This document shows, piece by piece, positions 1 to 6,307 of a stretch of 9,075 bases of DNA. The first letter of the stretch is position 1. Every line of letters begins with the position of its first letter. Origin of the DNA: a virus (lineage: Duplodnaviria > Heunggongvirae > Uroviricota > Caudoviricetes); the IMG/VR virus record IMGVR_UViG_2698536649_000010. One strand, written 5' to 3'. Made by a program: the position numbers and the translations under genes. Under the pieces are notes generated by a model. It did no database searches. It saw nothing but the letters and a program-made list of their open reading frames with translations, and was not told where the DNA came from.

Positions 1-83
1 GAGAATCCACCCATAACACTGTTTTTAGCTTTAACTGTTCCGCGTGCGCTTAGCCGCATTCACTGCATCACAAAATTCACTTT

Positions 84-139
84 AAAAAGGGCGGACATCA
101 GTTCATGGGCAAACAGATGCCGCCAAACGTCACCAGAAA
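84..139 (-). ncRNA. dicF: DicF-like small RNA (cell-division inhibitor sRNA of Qin-type prophages)
   Basis: Minus-strand read (revcomp of + 84..139) is UUUCUGGUGACGUUUGGCGG...CCGCCCUUUUU. The 5' 20 nt and the 3' CCGCCCUUUUUAAAGUGAAUUUUGUGAUG context match E. coli K-12 DicF as I recall it; GC hairpin plus U5 run forms an intrinsic terminator. Same strand and downstream position relative to dicA as in K-12. The central ~25 nt differ from K-12. Confidence 0.65.
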
Positions 140-472
140 ATTGATAACAGAGGGCGTTGCAGCGGGGTTGTCACTTAAGCGTATGGTCAACCTGACAACC
201 CGGTGTCCTCAACGGGGAAGGAATAACCCCGCCATACTTACCGCTGCGCCATTTCGCGGAGTGCCACAACCGGAAGCGCACGGTCGACGAAAATTTAACG
301 ACAGGCTATCTATGAACCAGCAACCTCGCCGTGCGCTTTCGCGTTATGCTCTGACTTTTCAGAGAAATATCCTTTCAGTAAACTGTCAGTGCCGGATGTT
401 CACCCGTGTCCGGCGCACGCACTCCACTTCACCCGTGGAGAACTCCTTAATTACCAACCCTCAGGAGGGTGA

Positions 473-706
473 ATGTTAAAATCAACTCTTATTGCTAAAT
501 GCCTTTATCAAAATCGCATGGTAAGCAGCATTTCAATAGGCGAGTCTGCAGTTAAAAGTATTTTCGAAGAGTACTTTCCCGGGCATGATTTTAATAAATG
601 GAATACCAAATTACCGCCAGCAGTTTCAACGCGTATTCTGAAAGCAACCGAAAGAGCAAGTACAATTCGCGTTAACTATTTCATTAAAGATTTGTGGGAT
701 CTTTGA
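473..706 (+). CDS. hypothetical 77-aa protein, convergent to the dicB-type operon
   Basis: ATG at 473 preceded by a near-perfect SD (AGGAGG at 462..467); AT-rich coding sequence; protein-like composition. 3' end overlaps the 3' end of the minus-strand 135-aa gene by 23 nt. No homolog recognised. Confidence 0.3.
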   Translation: MLKSTLIAKCLYQNRMVSSISIGESAVKSIFEEYFPGHDFNKWNTKLPPAVSTRILKATERASTIRVNYFIKDLWDL

Positions 707-1091
707 TATCCACAGAGCCTAAAGTATGTGCATATGGATGTGCTATTATGCGCCCTCGCAGATTTGCATCATTTTCTAAATTCACTGAACGAAACAGGGC
801 ATCAACAAGGCTCTGTACAATGCAAAGGCAATCGAAGACTGTCGCCGTTTCTGTTTTGATTGATGAAAGAACATGGCCATTCACGCAAACAGAAATTACC
901 CGTTTATTAACATCGCTTTCCTGCTTTTGATTATCAGAACCATATAGCCCAGAAAAAGCATTGCGCACATTACGAACCATATTATCGATGGTTTCTTTTT
1001 CTGCGGTACTAAGGTCAAGAGTAGCCAGTTGTGAACGAACTATATTCGATGCCATTTCCTGTAATGGCGTTGGTAAATCTTTAAATTCCAT
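684..1091 (-). CDS. hypothetical 135-aa protein (operon cargo, unknown function)
   Basis: ATG at 1091 with GAGG SD about 7 nt upstream on the minus strand; lies 22 nt downstream of the preceding operon gene. No homolog recognised. Confidence 0.6.
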   Translation of the reverse strand: MEFKDLPTPLQEMASNIVRSQLATLDLSTAEKETIDNMVRNVRNAFSGLYGSDNQKQESDVNKRVISVCVNGHVLSSIKTETATVFDCLCIVQSLVDALFRSVNLENDANLRGRIIAHPYAHTLGSVDIKDPTNL

Positions 1092-1113
1092 TATTAGCCT
1101 CGTTGGTTAGCTA

Positions 1114-1332
1114 TTAACGTGGGTATGTAATCATTCTGGCAATGCTTAATGCCGCTGCTTTTTCCAGATTGGTGATATCCTGCTCCAGAGCGGACAGATT
1201 TTCAGCCTGCTTAGCCCTGGCTTCATTGGCCCATTTCAGGTCCTGCACCGCCTTAATTTTCTGGTGCATCCACTCATAAAGTTCATCATCGGTATAGTCT
1301 GGCGCGATGATGACGGGGTCTCGTTTCTGCAT
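1114..1332 (-). CDS. small prophage protein, 72 aa (YdfC-like by size and operon position)
   Basis: ATG at 1332 with strong SD (AAGGAG) 6 nt upstream on the minus strand. The 72-aa length and the position between dicA and dicF match ydfC of the K-12 dicB operon; sequence identity not verified from memory. Confidence 0.6.
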   Translation of the reverse strand: MQKRDPVIIAPDYTDDELYEWMHQKIKAVQDLKWANEARAKQAENLSALEQDITNLEKAAALSIARMITYPR

Positions 1333-1404
1333 GTCGGCTCCTTGTGGTTAGCGTTGCCTGCTTTTTAACCACGTCAGGCGAGGTGGTATCCTCTGAGGGG
1401 TCTG

Positions 1405-1761
1405 TTACTCGAGAGGAAATTGGTTATGAATACAATCAAGTTTTCTTGCCCAGAATGTGGTGGCTAAGTCTTTGACACATCCTTTAAGCCGCAGGGCTCT
1501 GACAGTTTCGCGGGAGCCATCTGCAAAAATTGTGGTCACCTTGTAACTGAAGATGAGTCCTCGCAGTTCGATGACGAAATCGTTGACAATATCTTCGGTG
1601 CACTCACCAGAGACTTTCTGAAGTAAAGGCGCATACCGCTTAGTTACCGCTCTGATAACTCTTACCTGTCCGGCAATGGCGCTGATATCAATATAAAGCG
1701 CCATCGCTGTTTCTTTGCTGATCCCTGGACGCCTTCCATTCTGATGTTTGACTTCGCCCAC
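1405..1761 (-). CDS. hypothetical 118-aa protein, first gene of the leftward dicB-type operon
   Basis: GTG start at 1761 with GAGGA SD upstream on the minus strand; first ORF downstream of the putative operon promoter. Does not correspond to the short ydfA/ydfB of K-12; an internal ATG (MALYIDIS...) is an alternative start. Confidence 0.5.
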   Translation of the reverse strand: MGEVKHQNGRRPGISKETAMALYIDISAIAGQVRVIRAVTKRYAPLLQKVSGECTEDIVNDFVIELRGLIFSYKVTTIFADGSRETVRALRLKGCVKDLATTFWARKLDCIHNQFPLE

Positions 1762-1840
1762 TGAGAAATCCTCTGCTTCCCCTTAACGCCGGGTAGCGGA
1801 ACTGTTTGCTGAGAACACCGTGCGGTGTCTTGATGAGTAG

Positions 1841-1870
1841 AATTTAGAATAGCCTAAGAGTTATGGTCAA
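1841..1870 (-). promoter_or_regulatory. candidate dicB-operon promoter with embedded DicA-type operator
   Basis: On the minus strand: -35 TTGACC (+1865..1870), 18-bp spacer, -10 TAAATT (+1841..1846). The 14-bp palindrome TTAGAATAGCCTAA (+1844..1857) overlaps the -10 and has the same TTAG-N6-CTAA form as the three sites in the dicA/dicC intergenic region. Confidence 0.4.
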
Positions 1871-1967
1871 GCTTTTGTGTAGAAAAACCTAAGCTTCTTG
1901 ATGTAAAAAACACAAGTATTTGAAAGTTTGTGCTTTTTATTACAGAGAGTTGCGAAAAAAAGGGGGG

Positions 1968-2375
1968 TTATTTATTTGCGCTTCTTTTGCGAGCTTTGAG
2001 TAGTTCTTCAAAAAGTTTGTTGAAATTCTCAACTCGAGCACGCATCTCTGACAACAGAGCCTTTTGCTCTGACTCAGGCAGTGCGTCGAACAGTTGAAGC
2101 AACTCTTTTTGATCTTCTGTCAGATTGACTGGCTGATTATCTGGGATCGGTTCGCCTGGTTGCTTATCTTCATCTCCAAAAAGAAGCCAAGTCGGCGAGC
2201 ACTGAAGCGCCTGGCTCAGTGCGAATAATCTCTTCCCCGCTGGCTGTGTTTCATCTCTTTCCCATTGAGAAATTGTTACGTGAGCCACTTTGACCAGCTT
2301 ACCTAATGCGGCCTGAGACAGTTTTAATTTTTTTCGCCTGTATAAGAGGCGAGCACCGAAGGTTTCGTTTTTCAT
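1968..2375 (-). CDS. dicA: DicA-type repressor (XRE-family HTH, cI/C2-like prophage repressor)
   Basis: 135-aa product closely matches recalled E. coli DicA along its length (LFALSQALQCSPTWLLFGDEDKQP, ARVENFNKLFEELLKAR). Divergently arranged with a Cro-like gene. Confidence 0.9.
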   Translation of the reverse strand: MKNETFGARLLYRRKKLKLSQAALGKLVKVAHVTISQWERDETQPAGKRLFALSQALQCSPTWLLFGDEDKQPGEPIPDNQPVNLTEDQKELLQLFDALPESEQKALLSEMRARVENFNKLFEELLKARKRSANK

Positions 2376-2451
2376 ATTAGGTAATTCTAATTTTTCTTGA
2401 CTTAGGTTTCTCTACGATCTAGTTTCCTTAGGAAAATCTAAGGGGTTCGAT
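2376..2451. promoter_or_regulatory. dicA/dicC divergent promoter region with three TTAG-N6-CTAA operator-like palindromes
   Basis: Sites at 2377..2390 (TTAGGTAATTCTAA), 2402..2415 (TTAGGTTTCTCTAC) and 2428..2441 (TTAGGAAAATCTAA), centres 25 to 26 bp apart. Rightward -35 TTGACT at 2397..2402 and SD AAGGGG before the dicC ATG. Leftward -10 TAGAAT (minus strand, +2384..2389) sits 8 nt from the dicA ATG with no SD, suggesting a leaderless PRM-like transcript. Confidence 0.5.
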
Positions 2452-2679
2452 ATGTTGAAAATTGATGCTATAGCGTTTTTTGGCAGCAAAACAAAGCTTG
2501 CCAATGTCGCAGGAGTTAGGCTGGCAAGCGTTGCTGCATGGGGGGAACTGGTTCCTGAAGGTCGCGCGATGCGCCTGCAAGAGGCATCCGGCGGGGAACT
2601 TCAGTACGACCCCAAAGTTTATGACGAATATCGTAAGGCAAAGCGGGCGGGGCGGTTGAACAATGAAAATCACCACTGA
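2452..2679 (+). CDS. dicC: DicC-type Cro-like regulator
   Basis: 75-aa product matches recalled DicC (GSKTKLA, LVPEGRAMRLQEASGGELQYDPKVY, RAGRLNNENHH); divergent from dicA. Confidence 0.85.
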   Translation: MLKIDAIAFFGSKTKLANVAGVRLASVAAWGELVPEGRAMRLQEASGGELQYDPKVYDEYRKAKRAGRLNNENHH

Positions 2680-3214
2680 ACAGGTTTGTGAGGCTCTGGA
2701 TACCTGGGTATGCCGACCAGGAATGACACAGGAGCAGGCGACGATATTAATCACGGAAGCATTCTGGGCTCTGAAAGAACGCCCGAACATCGATGTTCAA
2801 CGCGTCACGTTTAATGATGGCGAGGTTGATCAACGGGCGCTGGGCGTTAACCGGGTGAAGATATTCGAACGCTGGAAAGCTATCGACACCAGAGATAAGC
2901 GTGACAAATTCACGGCGCTGATTCCGGCAATTATGGAGGCTATCCGGATCAGCGATTTCAGATTGTATTGTGAAATTACTGACGGAAAAAGCATTACGTA
3001 CATGATCGCCGGGTTAAACAAAGAATATGGCGATGTGGTGGAGTCCGGGCTGCTTTTTGCGGATCCAGTTGTTGTGGAACGTGAGACTGACGAGCTTATA
3101 GAAAAAGCTATTGCTTTCAAGCACGCGTATCGTCAGCAATACCAATATTACTTTGCAGATAAACAAATGTCTGCCAGGGGGTCGTATGAGTATCGATGCA
3201 CTACGATGGGCTAA
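2663..3214 (+). CDS. YdaT-like (CII-position) prophage regulatory protein
   Basis: ATG at 2663 overlaps the dicC stop; 183-aa product resembles recalled Rac YdaT in the central region (ERWKAIDTRDKRDKFTALIPAIMEAI versus WLKGETKTQREKIQKLIPAILAIL). Sits directly after the Cro-like gene. Confidence 0.55.
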   Translation: MKITTEQVCEALDTWVCRPGMTQEQATILITEAFWALKERPNIDVQRVTFNDGEVDQRALGVNRVKIFERWKAIDTRDKRDKFTALIPAIMEAIRISDFRLYCEITDGKSITYMIAGLNKEYGDVVESGLLFADPVVVERETDELIEKAIAFKHAYRQQYQYYFADKQMSARGSYEYRCTTMG

Positions 3215-3767
3215 AAAGGTGAAAACCGGCAGTTCATCCAGTAAGTCAGTATTGACCTGGCTTGCTGATATGTGCGGTGCCGATTTGTGTGCATACCCGT
3301 CTGTATCTGCACTGGCAGAAGTAACGGAACTGAACAAAAAGACTGTGCAGGACAGCTTACGACACCTGATGGAGATTGGGTTAATTGTTGATACCGGTGA
3401 GAGAAAAGGCAGAACAAAGCAAATTGTGGTGTACCGACTTATCGGTGTAGAAGAAAGTGTTGCCGAGCCTGAATACACCCAAAAACGGGAGTCTTTAAAG
3501 GTGGGTACAATTGGTGCTGTTAATAAAAACAGTACCGAAAATGGTTATGTTTCAGCACAAAACAGACCCAAAAACAGAACTCTTAGCTGCATGGAAAATA
3601 ACCAAAGACACCCAAATTTTCCATCAAAGACACCCAAAAACGGATCACGGAACCCAAAGGAACCCAAAGATCTAAACCCCACACATAACGCACGCGAGAG
3701 TGCTCCGACCAGTGAGCAGGAAGTTTTGTCGTTACAGGCAGCCCCCCTGTATTCCTGTATGGCCTGA
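3186..3767 (+). CDS. replication initiator, N-terminal winged-helix part (lambda O-like role); probably truncated by a frameshift
   Basis: ATG at 3186 with GGGGG SD. N-terminal HTH-like region, then a low-complexity linker encoded across iteron-like repeats. Frame ends at TGA 3765..3767 shortly after a C6 homopolymer (3742..3747); the following frame carries the DnaT-like continuation. Confidence 0.6.
   Translation: MSIDALRWAKKVKTGSSSSKSVLTWLADMCGADLCAYPSVSALAEVTELNKKTVQDSLRHLMEIGLIVDTGERKGRTKQIVVYRLIGVEESVAEPEYTQKRESLKVGTIGAVNKNSTENGYVSAQNRPKNRTLSCMENNQRHPNFPSKTPKNGSRNPKEPKDLNPTHNARESAPTSEQEVLSLQAAPLYSCMA
3475..3670 (+). repeat. iteron-like direct repeats (candidate replication origin) inside the initiator gene
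   Basis: Six copies of an ACCCAAA-core motif with core at 3477, 3566, 3609, 3631, 3652, 3662. Spacings of 43, 22, 21 and 10 bp approximate multiples of a helical turn. Position inside the linker-coding part of the initiator gene parallels ori-lambda inside O. Confidence 0.45.
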
Positions 3768-3790
3768 GCGAACCCATCGGAAAATTCCCG

Positions 3791-4225
3791 ATGAGCGATA
3801 GCTGGTATCCGTCACGGGATTTTCGACGACGGGCTGCGTTGTGGGGGATGGCTTTGCCGGAGACAGAATTTACACCTGCTGAACTTGCCGCCTTCCGGGA
3901 CTACTGGGCAGCGGAGGGGAAAGTGTTTACGCAGATTCAGTGGGAGCAGAAATTCGCCCGTCACGTAAATCACGTCAGGGCGCAGGTTAAACCAGTCAGC
4001 AAAGGGGTAAACCATGCAGCAGCACCAGGTGGCACCGCATCACGGGCAGTTCAGGAAATTCGGGCAGCACGTGAGCAGTGGGAACGTGAAAACGGATTTA
4101 TCAGCGACGGAAACGGCCTGGAAGCTGTGGGAACTCATGGGGGTGGTTTATTCGAACCGCTGGATCCAGAAGAACGGGGCCGCACCTTCGAAGCTCTGGA
4201 TTGCACAGATTGGCGCGATGACTGA
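3791..4225 (+). CDS. DnaT C-terminal-domain-like (primosomal protein I-like) ORF; probably the frameshifted C-terminal half of the initiator
   Basis: Product YPSRDFRRRAALWGMALPETEFTPAELAAFRDYWAAEGKVFTQIQWEQKFAR aligns with recalled E. coli DnaT ([55 protein letters not shown]). The similarity continues upstream of ATG 3791 in the same frame (EPIGKFPM versus VPMGKFAM), where no start codon exists. 3' end in this frame (4225) overlaps the P-like gene by 212 nt, so the true stop is uncertain. Confidence 0.5.
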   Translation: MSDSWYPSRDFRRRAALWGMALPETEFTPAELAAFRDYWAAEGKVFTQIQWEQKFARHVNHVRAQVKPVSKGVNHAAAPGGTASRAVQEIRAAREQWERENGFISDGNGLEAVGTHGGGLFEPLDPEERGRTFEALDCTDWRDD

Positions 4226-4679
4226 GCAGCAAATCCGGCAGGTCTGCCGCCAGTGCATGGACCGCTGCCGGGCGGGTGAAACATGGCCTCCGGACCTGGC
4301 TGAGTTTGTGGCACTGATTTCGAAAAGCGGAGCCAATCCATTCGGTCTGACGGTGGATGCTGTGATGGAGGAGTACCGCCGCTGGCGCAATGAGTCCTGG
4401 CGATACGACGGAAGTGATAAGTACCCGTGGTCTCAGCCTGTGCTGTATCACATTTGCCTCGAGATGCGTTCAAAGGGGATTGAGCGCCAGATGACCGAAG
4501 GGGAATTAAAACGGCTTGCAGAACGGCAACTGACGAAATGGGCAAAGCATGTTAGTAACGGCCTGAGCGTTCCGCCAGTCCGGCGACAACTGGCGGCCCC
4601 CAAACGCCCGTCGGGGCCAACGCCAATTGAGTTGCTGAAACAGGAATATGAACGCCGGAAAGCGGCCGGTTTTGTCTGA
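4014..4679 (+). CDS. lambda P-like replication protein (DnaB helicase loader)
   Basis: ATG at 4014 with AAGGGG SD 7 nt upstream; 221 aa. C-terminal half aligns with recalled lambda P (YDGSDKYPWSQPVLYHICLEMRSKGIERQMTEGELKRLAERQL versus YPDAESYPWKSNAHYWLVTNLYQNMRANALTDAELRRKAADEL). Confidence 0.75.
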   Translation: MQQHQVAPHHGQFRKFGQHVSSGNVKTDLSATETAWKLWELMGVVYSNRWIQKNGAAPSKLWIAQIGAMTEQQIRQVCRQCMDRCRAGETWPPDLAEFVALISKSGANPFGLTVDAVMEEYRRWRNESWRYDGSDKYPWSQPVLYHICLEMRSKGIERQMTEGELKRLAERQLTKWAKHVSNGLSVPPVRRQLAAPKRPSGPTPIELLKQEYERRKAAGFV

Positions 4680-4713
4680 GTTGAGAAGTAATTTTTACCG
4701 GGAGGAAAATTTA

Positions 4714-5448
4714 ATGGAAACCGTTTTTGACGCACTGAAAGCGATGGGAAAAGCCACGTCGGTATAGCTGGCTGCGCGACTTGATATCAGTCGTGAAGAA
4801 GTACTGAACGAGCTGTGGGAACTGAAAAAGGCTGGCTTCGTTGATAAAAGCGTATACACCTGGCGTGTGGCTGATAACAACGTTCAGCAGGAACAGCCAG
4901 CGCCAGAAGAAACCACCACGGCAACAGAAGCGAAAATCTCAGAGTGCGATTTAACCGCGACGATTGAACAACGCGGACCACAAACGGCGGATGAACTGGC
5001 TACGCTGTTCGGTACAACATCCCGCAAAGTTGCTTCAACGCTGGCAATGGCAATCAGCAAAGGTCGTCTGATTCGCGTAAACCAGAACGGTAAAATTCGT
5101 TACTGCATACCAGGTGATAATTTACCAGCAGAGCCGAAAGTTGAATCGGTAGCGGAAACCGATGGTAAAGCCTTTCCTCAGCCAGCCGGTGTTGCGTTAC
5201 CGGTACAGAAAGATGCAACACAGGAAGATATTAAAACAGAAACTGTGGCGGACATTGTGCAGTCGCTGCCATCGTTTACTGCAACGCGAGAAGATGATTT
5301 GATTTTGCCATCGCTGCATATGGCAAATCGCGAACTGCGTAGGGCGAAGAATCATGTCCAGAAGTGGGAGCGAGTCTGCGCCGCGCTGCGGGAGCTGAAC
5401 AAGCACCGGGATATGGTTGCCGGGATTTGTCGGAAGTCCGGGCAATGA
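4714..5448 (+). pseudogene. double winged-helix protein gene interrupted by an in-frame amber codon
   Basis: ATG at 4714 with GGAGG SD 8 nt upstream. Codon 18 is TAG (4765..4767) and the same frame continues open to 5448. The N-terminal repeat ([40 protein letters not shown]) and a second repeat ([38 protein letters not shown]) both look like winged-helix units. First possible restart downstream is GTG 4867. Confidence 0.55.
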
Positions 5449-5483
5449 GCGGATGGTGCAGGCCTGAAATCATGATACTAACA

Positions 5484-6056
5484 ATGAAGGTAAAATGCAT
5501 CGGCAGTCTGATTGGTCGTAGTGAGGCGGCGGTCAGGATGAAAGCCCAGGTTAAGGGAATAAGCCTGATTCTGCGGGGTGATTTTCACCAGTCAACAAAA
5601 TATCCGTAGCGCGATAACGGTCAAAAATTATGGCGCTGACACTTTTGTGCCACTGGAGATGACTGTACCTAAGTTCAGGGGAGAAGAACACGTCCGGTGG
5701 GATGGTCGGGCCAGATTTAAAGGGCAGGTCATGGCTCCAGCCTGTACGCTGGCAATGGAGGCTGCCTGGCGGGAAATTGATATGGGAACCACGCCACTCA
5801 GGGATTTACTGCCGGTCCAGAGAATAAATTCCTGTTACGGTTACACCACTGTGATCTTGCAAGTGCAGGAAAGTAGGTCTACACGGTAACGCGAGTGCGT
5901 GTAACTTTTGATGTCATTCCCGTAGAAACACCGGACAAATTTTCGCTGACAGGTCATGCAGAAGGTATAAATCTGCAGATTATGGACAATTACGGATATC
6001 CGGCAAGAGCCGGAAAAAGCATGCCGCCTCTAATTCTCAGTGGAAGATGGACTTGA
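5484..6056 (+). pseudogene. decayed fimbrial major-subunit-like gene remnant (chaperone-usher type)
   Basis: Three successive frames carry fimbrial-like segments: a signal-like MKVKCIGSLIG (from 5484), then GRARFKGQVMAPACTL...INSC (5578..5889; compare FimA GGTVHFKGEVVNAACAV...LNDC), then GINLQIMDNYG (5895..6056; compare FimA GVQILDRTG). At least two frame changes are needed, and the usual C-terminal strand is missing where the AT-rich block begins. Confidence 0.35.
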
Positions 6057-6307
6057 TTATACTCATTGCATTGTCAGAAATAGTTATCCATTAAAGGCTG
6101 GCTATTCCAAACAGGATGTTGATTACAAAAATGTAATCAACATGTAAGGTTTATACTCTTCAATATGCGTATAATTTTCCTTATTTTGTTGACTTTAAAT
6201 AACAAGCTATGCACGAGGTAAAGTCGGATAAGTTTATCTGGATGTAATATATATTATTTGTAGTGTTTATAACTTTATTTCATGATAACCAATAAAAGGA
6301 GTTTTTT
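6057..6307 (+). promoter_or_regulatory. AT-rich upstream region of the binding-protein moron (promoter not resolved)
   Basis: Strongly AT-rich compared with flanking phage genes. Contains a 10-bp inverted repeat GTTGATTACA-AAAA-TGTAATCAAC (6118..6141), a TATAAT hexamer at 6170..6175, TTGACT at 6189..6194, and a strong SD AAGGAG at 6296..6301 before ATG 6308. Confidence 0.35.

Noticed and set aside
105-479. 124-aa ORF on the + strand
   Set aside because: Arg/Pro-rich, non-protein-like composition; runs antisense straight through the DicF sRNA and its terminator; no RBS.
694-930. 78-aa ORF on the + strand
   Set aside because: Lies entirely antisense within the better-supported 135-aa minus-strand gene; no SD; likely a shadow ORF.
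1908-1930. Sequence GAAAGTTTGT resembling the right half of a phage 434 operator
   Set aside because: No matching ACAA left half-site at the correct 14-bp spacing; it does not fit the TTAG-N6-CTAA sites found at the real promoters; likely coincidence.
2428-2790. 120-aa minus-strand ORF overlapping dicC and the intergenic operators
   Set aside because: Antisense to the well-supported dicC and YdaT-like genes; Cys-rich and odd composition.
3742-3748. Programmed -1 ribosomal frameshift at the C6 run
   Set aside because: No canonical X-XXY-YYZ slippery heptamer or obvious downstream stimulatory structure; a homopolymer indel (mutation or sequencing error) is the simpler explanation.
5364-5483. 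Upstream extension of the frame-0 ORF ([10 protein letters not shown]...) overlapping the end of the double winged-helix gene
   Set aside because: No RBS and low-complexity composition; it overlaps a supported gene. Only the part from ATG 5484 looks like a pilin signal peptide.
2830-5500. Multiple minus-strand ORFs (2830..3120, 3014..3478, 3211..3417, 3583..3777, 3812..4015, 4101..4451, 4135..4545, 4148..4390, 4448..4735, 4695..4880, 4787..4981, 5197..5445, 5276..5500)
   Set aside because: All lie antisense to + strand genes that have recognisable homology and ribosome-binding sites; compositions are Ser/Arg/Cys-rich as expected of shadow frames in GC-rich coding DNA.
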